Assembly (NCBI GenBank): GCA_030697645.1
Contig: JAUYPI010000018.1
Span: forward strand, 10,457 to 74,456
Direction of reading: 5' to 3'
Source: a bacterium
Lineage (GTDB): Bacteria; Patescibacteriota; Minisyncoccia; Phycocordibacterales; VMGT01
Length of the DNA stretch: 64,000 nucleotides
Each line of letters opens with the position of its first letter. The first letter of the stretch is position 1. Under the pieces are notes generated by a model. It saw only the letters and a list, made by a program, of their open reading frames with translations. It was not told the origin of the DNA and did no database searches. This document shows, piece after piece, positions 55,004 to 62,052 of the stretch. Made by a program: the position numbers and the translations under genes.

Positions 55004-55468
55004 TTACCGATTTCCTTTTGCCCGGTTGTGTGTTTTGCACAACATCTGGCAATTTTCGACGATAGTTTTACCGCCTTCATGCCAAGGAGTAATGTGATCT
55101 GCTTCCATTTCTGAAATATCGTACTTCTTCTTACAAAATGGGCAAATACCATTTTGCCGCTCGTATGCTTCGCGCTTCATCTTGTCGGTAAAAGCACGGA
55201 TTGAAAGATAGTTCTCTCGTCTTGTCAGAACATACGGATAAATACCGGATTTTTTGGTAACATCCTCGTCTTGCATTAACTCTTTAATTTCGGTTTCCAG
55301 TTTAGCGGCGTTTAGTTTCTTATCTTTGTATTGGTTGTGTAGTTCTCCCCAATTTACATGCGCCATTTCATGTCGATAATTTGGAAAAGTTTTTCGCACC
55401 CACGCAATCACATCTTGGAAGTATTGCCACAACTCATCAGCATTTCTGTCGTGCTGATGTTTGGCCAT
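55004..55468 (-). CDS. HNH-family nuclease domain protein (DUF1524 / McrA-like His-Me finger), probably a remnant of a larger defence gene
   Basis: CPFCKKKYDISEMEADHITPWHEGGKTIVENCQMLCKTHNRAKGN is an HNH motif with Cys-pairs and an H-N-N/H arrangement. Confidence 0.7.
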   Translation of the reverse strand: MAKHQHDRNADELWQYFQDVIAWVRKTFPNYRHEMAHVNWGELHNQYKDKKLNAAKLETEIKELMQDEDVTKKSGIYPYVLTRRENYLSIRAFTDKMKREAYERQNGICPFCKKKYDISEMEADHITPWHEGGKTIVENCQMLCKTHNRAKGNR

Positions 55469-55559
55469 ATAATCTTCTATTTTGCCGTCATTTATCCATG
55501 AAAGCGTGGTTTCTAAGTATTCTTGCCGGATTGGTGAGCCGCTAACTAATTGTCCGCCG

Positions 55560-55916
55560 TCATTCGCTAACAGATACGCCGCACAGTTTGATTTGCTGAA
55601 TTTTAAAGATTTCTTTGTAAGTAATCGCGTTTTGATTACCCATAATTAAGAACTTTTTCTTGTGCTTTACTAGTTGAGCAACATATTCACGGAATAAAGA
55701 AAATGGAGGGTTGGTTATGACTATATCGGATTGCTTGAGTGATTCGATGCATTCGTCGCTCCGAAAGTCACCACTACCACGCAGAGGGGTTGCGGTGTTC
55801 TTGTCGTGTTTGAGCAAATACTTAACGTCATCAAGATTTATCGCTCCATCCTTGTCGATATCCGGCACTTTTGTAATTTCAATTTTGAAAGGTTGTTTGC
55901 CTTTTGATCCAGCCAC
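55560..55916 (-). pseudogene. fragment of an N6-adenine DNA methyltransferase (motif IV only)
   Basis: VITNPPF catalytic motif in a 118-aa ORF with no motif I or target-recognition domain. Different frame from the downstream HNH ORF. GTG start. Confidence 0.5.
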
Positions 55917-56060
55917 TTCAAATAACGGTAATTGCCCTCCAACAATCGGTGAACCGCTGTAGCTTGTAGTGATGAGCTTTTTCAGCCCGAGAGCGTTGAA
56001 ATTAGATGCAAAGTATTTGAAAAAGTTGCTCTCATGTGGATCATCGCAATTACAATATTA

Positions 56061-56162
56061 TTTCAAGAGCTCGTCGCTTGTTACTCCCAACGCTTGGGCG
56101 ATTTTTTCAATGGTGGCAAGCGTGGGATTGCCTTTGCCTGCCTCAATATTGCTCATTTTTTC
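56061..56162 (-). pseudogene. C-terminal fragment of an XRE-family HTH regulator
   Basis: The minus-strand translation MSNIEAGKGNPTLATIEKIAQALGVTSDELLK is the second half of a Cro/C1-type HTH, with no N-terminal half. Confidence 0.5.
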
Positions 56163-56170
56163 AATTTTGG

Positions 56171-56303
56171 CGGAGGAGGTGGGATAGAACCGTTTGGAAA
56201 CCCACGGTTTTCCAACGTTCGCTCACTCCGTTCGCTCACTGCCTTCCTCCACGGGGAACTCCCGTTCCCCGACCCCCTCCCGTTCGAATCCCACCTCCTC
56301 TCG
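56171..56303 (+). repeat. degenerate tRNA-Ser-like sequence (pseudo-tRNA / att-like repeat copy 2)
   Basis: 5' GGAGGAGGTGGGATAG and 3' CCCGTTCGAATCCCACCTCCTC resemble the ends of the adjacent tRNA-Ser, but the T-stem cannot pair and about 60 extra nt lie in the middle. Confidence 0.5.
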
Positions 56304-56333
56304 CAAAATATATTCGCTGCGCTCGGTATTTTG

Positions 56334-56417
56334 CGGTGGAGGTGGTATTCGAACCCACGAGGCCTTGCGGCCGGCTGTTTTCAAAACAGCTGGAATAAAC
56401 CACTATCCGACTCCTCC
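56334..56417 (-). tRNA. tRNA-Ser (anticodon TGA), long variable arm
   Basis: Minus strand: acceptor GGAGGAG/CTCCACC (one A.A mismatch), anticodon stem-loop GCTGT-TTTGAAA-ACAGC, variable arm CGGCCGCAAGGCCTC, T-arm GTGGGTTCGAATACCAC, discriminator G. Confidence 0.8.
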
Positions 56418-56455
56418 AGTGTGTATGGAATGTGTGATAGTATAGCATGGAGCGC

Positions 56456-56905
56456 ATGAGATTTTTAGGCATTGACTATGGCACGAAACACGTTGGGATC
56501 GCGATTTCCGATGAGCGGGGAGCGGTTGCGTTTCCGAAGGCGGTGCTTGTGAACATTCCCGGCGTCGTTGATGAGATCGCAGCTCTGGCGCAGGCGGAGG
56601 GAGTTCAGGGCGTCGTGGTCGGAGAATCGCGTCGCGCGGATGGGGGAGAGAATGCGCTTCAGCGCGAGATAGTTCGATTTAAACACACGCTCGAGAGCGC
56701 GCTGCCGGGCGTGTCTGTTTCTCTACAGCACGAGGGGATGAGTACGCAGAGCGCGCGGGTGGCGCCTAAGGCGCGGCGTGGCGTTCTCTCGCGAGAGCGC
56801 CGCGCTCCGGCGGCCGCGGCGCGTCGGCGTGAGCCCGCTGATGCTCGTGCCGCGGCAGTGATTTTACAGCGGTTTCTTGATCGACAGTCTCACACTAAAA
56901 GCTAG
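56456..56905 (+). CDS. ruvX: RuvX/YqgF-family putative pre-16S rRNA nuclease (Holliday-junction-resolvase-like)
   Basis: FLGIDYGTKHVGIAISD N-terminal RNase H-like motif and conserved acidic residues. Arg-rich C-terminal tail. Confidence 0.8.
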   Translation: MRFLGIDYGTKHVGIAISDERGAVAFPKAVLVNIPGVVDEIAALAQAEGVQGVVVGESRRADGGENALQREIVRFKHTLESALPGVSVSLQHEGMSTQSARVAPKARRGVLSRERRAPAAAARRREPADARAAAVILQRFLDRQSHTKS

Positions 56906-56930
56906 AAGCTAACAGCTAAAAGCTAAGTCC

Positions 56931-57254
56931 GTGGTTTCCTTCGACGATTTTCAAAAACTTGATGTTCGCATCGGTACCATTGTTTCTGCCGAGCGCGTCG
57001 TGGGGAGCGACAAACTCCTCAAGCTCACCGTGGATATCGGGGAGTCCTCACCGTGCCAGATCATTGCCGGCATCGCGGCGTTCGTTCGGCCCGAGGCGCT
57101 TGTCGGAGCGCAGTGTCCGTTCGTGGCAAACCTTGAGCCGCGGATGATTCGCGGCCTCGAGAGCCAAGGGATGCTTCTCGCGATAGACGCGGAGGAGGGA
57201 TTCGCACTCCTCCACCCGAGCCGTGCTGTAGCGACAGGCAGCAGGGTACGGTAG
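56931..57254 (+). CDS. tRNA-binding domain protein (CsaA / Trbp111 / EMAP-like OB-fold)
   Basis: FQKLDVRIGTIVSAE...KLLKLTVDIGE...QIIAGI...LVG...VANLEPRMIRG.ESQGMLL matches the Myf/tRNA-binding domain. Confidence 0.75.
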   Translation: MVSFDDFQKLDVRIGTIVSAERVVGSDKLLKLTVDIGESSPCQIIAGIAAFVRPEALVGAQCPFVANLEPRMIRGLESQGMLLAIDAEEGFALLHPSRAVATGSRVR

Positions 57255-57370
57255 TCCAGTGGCAACTGTGTATCCGGTGGACAATGAATCCGCGATTCAG
57301 ATGTCCCCCCGTCATTTCTAAATCCGAAGTCTGGATATGGAGATCAAACATACCCAGAATACCAAGCTCG

Positions 57371-57510
57371 AATTTCCAAATTCCAAAAAACAAGTTCCAA
57401 ACAAATCACAATACTCAAAATCCAATTTCCAAACACGACGTGCGTGTTTGGGATTTGATGCATTGAAATTTGAAATTTGTTTGGAACTTGTTGGTTGGAG
57501 CTTGGAGTTT
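57371..57510. repeat. Palindromic heptad-repeat element, B-type, upstream of pilM
   Basis: AATTTCCAAATTCCAAAAAACAAGTTCCAAACAAATCACAATACTCAAAATCCAATTTCCAAACACGACGTGCGTGTTTGGGATTTGATGCATTGAAATTTGAAATTTGTTTGGAACTTGTTGGTTGGAGCTTGGAGTTT. Confidence 0.85.
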
Positions 57511-57668
57511 ATGACTCGGAGTCTCGGGTCGGCAATTTCGTTATTCACCGTGCTCATATTCTTGCTCCACTCGAATGCGGGAAGCGTACGAGGTTCTCAA
57601 CAGGCGCATGGTAGAGCTCGCTCACGCGGCGCGGTATACTAGAGGTGCGGCAGACCTTTGCCTCTACC

Positions 57669-58811
57669 ATGGCAGCTACAGTGCTCACTCACACGCCTGC
57701 GCTCCGCGGCGCCTCTCTCGGTGATCGGATTCTTGACTGGTTTCCGGCGCCGAAACTGCTTGCGCTGCCTGCAATAGGCATTGACATCTCAGAGAGCGCC
57801 GTTCGCTACATAGAGCTTTGCCGTACGGCAGCAGGCGTGAGGCTTGGTTCCTTTGGCGACATTGCTCTTGGAGCAGGCACATTCCAGAGTGGCGGCATCG
57901 CAGATCGTGCACGGGTCGTGGACGCGCTGCGGCGCGTGCGCAGCGTGATCCGTACTCCCTACGTGTGGGCTTCTCTACCGACTGAGAGGGCATACATTTT
58001 CGAGGTCGCACTGCCATCGCGCACTATTGGATATGCTGATCTGCGGCGAACGATTGAGTTCCACCTCGAGGAGCACGTGCCGCTTGCCTCACGTGACGCT
58101 ATCATCGATGTTGTCACCGCAGATCTGCTCGCCCCCTTGGCCGGGGCCGCCGTCGTTGCAGTGCCGGCTACACTGGCCGAGGAGTATCTCGGCGTTTTTC
58201 ATGAGAGCGGGCTGCGCCCGCTCTCGCTTGAAGTCGCTGCGGAGGCCGTAGCGCGCGCTCTTGTGGTCCCCGGGGATGCCGAGACCGTCCTCATCCTGCG
58301 TATGGGGAGCGACCGTACGTCCCTCATCTTCGCCCGCTCTGCGGTGGCGTTGTTCGCCTCGACGATTGAGTTTGGTGGAGCGGCGCTTACGGCCGCGCTC
58401 GCACATGAGCTCGGGATCGTCGTGGATGAGGCGGAGCGTCTTAAGCGCGAGAGCGGGCTCATCGCGAGTGCGGAGAATAAGCGCATCTCTACGACGCTCG
58501 GCGAGCATGTAGGCGTTCTTGTCAAGGAGGTCGCGCGTTACATCGGGTACTGGAGTACGCACGGAGCCGAGACGCCGAGCGGCGAGGCTCTAAAAGCTGG
58601 CCGGCAGGGCGTCTCCCGCGTGTATCTCTGCGGCGGCGGGGCAAATCTTCGCGGTCTCGCGTCACATCTCAGCTCCGCGCTCGCTCTCCCGGTCTCTCTT
58701 GCCGATGTGTGGACGAGCTGTTTTTCGCTCGACGAGTATATTCCGACGCTCCCGCGGCACGAATCACTGGCGTATTGCGCTGCAGTCGGCCTTGCCCTCC
58801 GAGGGCTGTGA
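57669..58811 (+). CDS. pilM: type IV pilus assembly protein PilM (actin-like ATPase fold). An alternative GTG start lies at 57645
   Basis: AIGIDISESAVRYIEL N-terminal sugar-kinase/actin-fold motif and C-terminal LCGGGANLRGL. It is followed by a pilN-like gene. Confidence 0.75.
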   Translation: MAATVLTHTPALRGASLGDRILDWFPAPKLLALPAIGIDISESAVRYIELCRTAAGVRLGSFGDIALGAGTFQSGGIADRARVVDALRRVRSVIRTPYVWASLPTERAYIFEVALPSRTIGYADLRRTIEFHLEEHVPLASRDAIIDVVTADLLAPLAGAAVVAVPATLAEEYLGVFHESGLRPLSLEVAAEAVARALVVPGDAETVLILRMGSDRTSLIFARSAVALFASTIEFGGAALTAALAHELGIVVDEAERLKRESGLIASAENKRISTTLGEHVGVLVKEVARYIGYWSTHGAETPSGEALKAGRQGVSRVYLCGGGANLRGLASHLSSALALPVSLADVWTSCFSLDEYIPTLPRHESLAYCAAVGLALRGL

Positions 58812-58835
58812 TAAGAGGAGCTAGAGGAAATAATA

Positions 58836-59393
58836 ATGTCAAATCTTCTTCCGATAGTAGAAAAACGATTATTGCTGCGCGAGTATCGGCTCCGCACGGG
58901 AATCGCGATCCTGTATTTTCTCGGAGCGCTTGCGGCGATCGGCGCCGTTGCGCTCATCCCCTCGCTCGTGCGCGTCCACTCGCTCGTTTCCTCGGTGGAG
59001 CGTGCGCGACAATTCGAGGAGAAAACCCTTGAGCAACTCGGCGCCTCCGCTGTCGCACATGGCTTCCGGGAAGCGAACGAGGAACTTGCCTCACTCGCGT
59101 CTATCCTCACAGAGCCCGAGCTCGCGGTTCTCGTGCATACCGTTGCGGTCGTTCGTCCTGCCAGCGTTTCTATTCAGAGCATTGCGTATGAACCGAAGGG
59201 CGATGGAGCTGGATCGCTTACCCTCGGCGGTACGGCGATGCTTCGGGATGATCTGCTGCAGTTCGTCGAGGCGCTCCGGCGCGAGGCGGCGTTCGTCGCC
59301 GTCAATCTTCCGATCGGCGCCCTCGCGCGTGAGCGCGACGCGAATTTCACTATTTCGGTTAAGCTTGCGGAGAAGGAGCGGACGGGGGAGTGA
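58836..59393 (+). CDS. pilN: type IV pilus assembly protein PilN
   Basis: MSNLLPIVEKRLL, the NLLP motif at the N-terminus, and a single TM. A GAGGAG ribosome-binding site lies 8 nt upstream. Confidence 0.75.
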   Translation: MSNLLPIVEKRLLLREYRLRTGIAILYFLGALAAIGAVALIPSLVRVHSLVSSVERARQFEEKTLEQLGASAVAHGFREANEELASLASILTEPELAVLVHTVAVVRPASVSIQSIAYEPKGDGAGSLTLGGTAMLRDDLLQFVEALRREAAFVAVNLPIGALARERDANFTISVKLAEKERTGE

Positions 59394-59487
59394 GATGTGC
59401 AGGACGCAAGGCCTGAAAGCCGATGTTCCCAAATAATCAATAAGCAAGATATAAAAAGTTCAAATGCCAAAATCGAAATGTCAACGA

Positions 59488-59612
59488 AATTTTCAATTTT
59501 GCAATTTTCAATCAATTTTGCAATGACACAATTTTCAAACACGACGTCGTCCGTCATTGAGCATTGAAACATTGAAAATTCATTGAAAATTGCAAAATTG
59601 AAAATTGTAAAT
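59488..59612. repeat. Palindromic heptad-repeat element, A-type, upstream of the pilO-like gene
   Basis: AAATTTTCAATTTTGCAATTTTCAATCAATTTTGCAATGACACAATTTTCAAACACGACGTCGTCCGTCATTGAGCATTGAAACATTGAAAATTCATTGAAAATTGCAAAATTGAAAATTGTAAATT. Confidence 0.85.
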
Positions 59613-59708
59613 TCTTGGACTTGATTTGACATTTGGCATTAATGCACGGTCACATTTTTGGTGTTTGGCGACTTGTATATTTGCTATTTTGATTTGTACT
59701 TTGTATCC

Positions 59709-60248
59709 ATGGGTTACAAGCAACAATTTTTTCTCGCGCTCTCGGTGGGCATCGTCGCGCTTGCACTTCTCGTTAGTGAGCTCGCGGCGATCCGCAGCGG
59801 CAGAGCGCGTCTCGCGTTCACGCTCGAGGCGATATCTGCCCTCGAGCACGAGCGTGAGGCGCTCGACGCGACACGTTCACTCGCGGAGAGAACGGCGAGA
59901 GATCGCGCGGCGCTCGACGAGAAGTTTATACCGCGCGACGGAGTCGTCGCGTTTTTGAAACGCATTGAGGATTTGGGGAAACGCTCGGGCACAACACTTG
60001 CGGTCGAGACCCTCTCGGCTGCCTCCCCCATATCATCGGAGGCATCACTTGAAGACATGGCGCTCCGTTTTACCGCTCTCGGAGCGTTTCAGAACATTGT
60101 GCACCTGCTGGCGCTCGTTGAGTCTCTGCCGGTGGCCGCAGAGGTCACCTCCGCGCGTCTCGAGGCTGCACCCGCCGGTGAGGAGGGCGCCTCCTTGTGG
60201 CGGACGACCGTTTTTCTTCACGCGCTCAAGAAGCGCGACGCACAATAA
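59709..60248 (+). CDS. pilO: PilO-like type IV pilus assembly protein
   Basis: Single N-terminal TM then a coiled-coil and periplasmic domain. Position after pilM and pilN. Assigned by architecture only. Confidence 0.5.
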   Translation: MGYKQQFFLALSVGIVALALLVSELAAIRSGRARLAFTLEAISALEHEREALDATRSLAERTARDRAALDEKFIPRDGVVAFLKRIEDLGKRSGTTLAVETLSAASPISSEASLEDMALRFTALGAFQNIVHLLALVESLPVAAEVTSARLEAAPAGEEGASLWRTTVFLHALKKRDAQ

Positions 60249-60267
60249 AAATAAATAATGACTTGCT

Positions 60268-60609
60268 ATGTTTCCATTTGGAATGTTCAATAATGGATTT
60301 GCGCACCTTCGGCGCCACTCGGGCGCCGAGCGGGCGTGGCGTTTCCCGGATGTGCGCCGCCTATGGCTTTGGATGCTCATCGCGGGTGCGGGCCTTGTGG
60401 TGGGACTCTCCGGATACGGCGTTCTCACGTTTCGATATCTCGACCGGCTTGATCTCACCGTAGCAGAGCCTGACATACCCCTCCGCCTCGCGCGCGTGCT
60501 CGATGAGGAACTCCTGCGCTCGGTGCGCGCCGAATTCGATGCCCTCGAGACCGTACATAAACGACTCCTTGAGAATCCGTCAGCCGATATTGTTGACCCC
60601 GCGCGGTAA
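60268..60609 (+). CDS. hypothetical small membrane protein (possible PilP-like partner)
   Basis: One TM (LWLWMLIAGAGLVVGLSGYGVL). Last gene of the pilMNO block. Confidence 0.35.
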   Translation: MFPFGMFNNGFAHLRRHSGAERAWRFPDVRRLWLWMLIAGAGLVVGLSGYGVLTFRYLDRLDLTVAEPDIPLRLARVLDEELLRSVRAEFDALETVHKRLLENPSADIVDPAR

Positions 60610-60668
60610 TATTGATAGCGTGTTTGTGAACTCCCTGCGTACGTGACCTATGGTGCTGCGTACGCTAA

Positions 60669-60845
60669 GGCCCCGTCCATAAATAAGTTCACTCATATCG
60701 TGCTCAATGCGTGCCCTGATGCAGCTTGGCGCGGAATGAGCGAATCCGAAACGTATCGAGATACGAAGAGGATTCGCGACTGAGCACGAGTTGCATAAGG
60801 GTGCGCAGTGAGTGCGAGATGGGGAAGTTATTTATGGACGGGGCC
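60669..60845. mobile_element. MITE-like structured element, copy 2 (same 17-bp terminal inverted repeats, reverse orientation relative to copy 1), 6 nt upstream of tRNA-Arg
   Basis: GGCCCCGTCCATAAATA ... TATTTATGGACGGGGCC. The interior is about 90% identical to the reverse complement of 4270-4413. Confidence 0.75.
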
Positions 60846-60851
60846 TAACCA

Positions 60852-60923
60852 CCCCTCGTAGCTCAATGGACAGAGCCGCGGACTTCTAAGCCGCTGATGG
60901 GGGTTCGATTCCCTCCGAGGGGA
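60852..60923 (+). tRNA. tRNA-Arg (anticodon TCT)
   Basis: Acceptor CCCCTCG/CGAGGGG, D-arm GCTCAATGGACAGAGC, anticodon loop CTTCTAA, T-arm GGGGGTTCGATTCCCTC. No CCA. Confidence 0.8.
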
Positions 60924-60969
60924 TAGAAAGGTTTTGCGAAGAAGGAGCGGCCAAAAAAACTCAGCTGCC

Positions 60970-61046
60970 GGACGATTAGCTCAGTTGGCTAGAGCGCTGC
61001 TTTTACACAGCAGAGGCCGGAGGTTCGAGCCCTCCATCGTCCACCA
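60970..61046 (+). tRNA. tRNA-Val (anticodon TAC), CCA encoded
   Basis: Acceptor GGACGAT/ATCGTCC, anticodon stem-loop CTGCT-TTTACAC-AGCAG, T-arm GGAGGTTCGAGCCCTCC, ACCA. Confidence 0.85.
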
Positions 61047-61198
61047 GAATTTTTAAGTGCGGTTAATTGCTTGCGTGAAAACACGCACACTGTGGTGAGT
61101 TCTGGCCCGCAGCGACGCAATCGCTGCAGGGCTTTTCTTTTTGTGTTTTTCTTGATAGAAATTGGATAGGACGTGCCGCTGTTTTGAAAGTCAAACAC

Positions 61199-61380
61199 GC
61201 ACCCTTAGCTCAGCTGGCTAGAGCGTTCGTTCATCCCGTTAGAAAGCGTGGGCACTTAGCTCAGTTGGTAGAGCGTTCCCTTCACACGGGAGAGGCCACA
61301 GGTTCGAGTCCTGTAGTGCCCATTGCTTTCTAACGGGACGAGCACGCGAGAGGCCGTAGGTTCGAGTCCTACAGGGTGCA
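61199..61380 (+). tRNA. Split tRNA-like gene (182 nt): canonical acceptor, D- and T-arms, but the anticodon region is occupied by a 13-bp helix bearing a complete tRNA. The anticodon cannot be assigned
   Basis: 5' GCACCCT-TA-GCTCAGCTGGCTAGAGC and 3' GTAGGTTCGAGTCCTAC-AGGGTGC-A form a perfect acceptor and T-arm. Between them lie TTCGTTCAT-CCCGTTAGAAAGC-GT-[tRNA-Val]-TT-GCTTTCTAACGGG-ACGAGCACGCGAG. Confidence 0.6.
61250..61322 (+). tRNA. tRNA-Val (anticodon CAC), nested inside the split tRNA-like gene
   Basis: Acceptor GGGCACT/AGTGCCC, D-arm GCTCAGTTGGTAGAGC, anticodon stem-loop TTCCC-TTCACAC-GGGAG, variable AGGCC, T-arm ACAGGTTCGAGTCCTGT, discriminator A. Confidence 0.85.
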
Positions 61381-61413
61381 TCGAAACGCTACACAAGCTG
61401 CGCGAAATACTTC

Positions 61414-61484
61414 GGGCTCATAGTAAAGTGGTATTACGCGGCATTCGCATTGCCGAGTCCCGGGTTCGATTCCCGGTGAGTCCA
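61414..61484 (+). tRNA. tRNA-Ala (anticodon CGC), G3.U70 present
   Basis: Acceptor GGGCTCA/TGAGTCC with a G3.U70 wobble, D-arm GTAAAGTGGTATTAC, anticodon stem-loop CGGCA-TTCGCAT-TGCCG, T-arm CCGGGTTCGATTCCCGG. Confidence 0.8.
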
Positions 61485-61529
61485 TGTCAATCCATTTTAA
61501 TCTACTCGCAGCTACGTTAATCTATAGAT

Positions 61530-61925
61530 ATGACAAGGCGAAACATTTTAGCGGTCATTATCGGATTGATTATTGGGTTTGTTCCTGCTTACACGAGGTT
61601 GCTTTTTTATGTCGGTAAACCGTTCTTAATGTTCTTTAACCCAATAATTAGTAGTTTAATTGCAGAGTGGTTATACTTCTTGATTTTGGGGATTGCGGTA
61701 TTCGTTGCAAGTTTTCCTAAATCGTATTACCTAATTCCTGTTGTTGGATTACCTATTGCAATAGTATCCGCATTGAATAATTATTTGACCCTATCGGTAT
61801 GGACAAGCACAGTATCGGTGTTTCTATCCTTTATGGTTTTCGGAAGTATTGGTTATTTTATAGCAAAACTGATATCTGTAAGTTTTGCCAAACCACCAAC
61901 TCTTGTAAAATCTGGTTCCAATTAA
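61530..61925 (+). CDS. hypothetical membrane protein (AT-rich, directly after the tRNA cluster)
   Basis: Four hydrophobic helices. ~35% GC against ~60% background. Confidence 0.5.
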   Translation: MTRRNILAVIIGLIIGFVPAYTRLLFYVGKPFLMFFNPIISSLIAEWLYFLILGIAVFVASFPKSYYLIPVVGLPIAIVSALNNYLTLSVWTSTVSVFLSFMVFGSIGYFIAKLISVSFAKPPTLVKSGSN

Positions 61926-62052
61926 TCCTCACGAAGTCCATACATACCCGAAAGCAATAGGTTTGCGAAAATGTTGGAGATCGATCGCCATAAGAATCTG
62001 CGCAAAGAATTCGTCCGGTGCCTTTGCCACAATAGAGCTGCAATTATGAGCT

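Noticed and set aside
56034-56472. Overlapping plus- and minus-strand ORFs of 70-140 aa between 55969 and 56472
   Set aside because: They span the degenerate tRNA-like repeat and the real tRNA-Ser. Their translations are Pro/Arg/Gly-rich nonsense.
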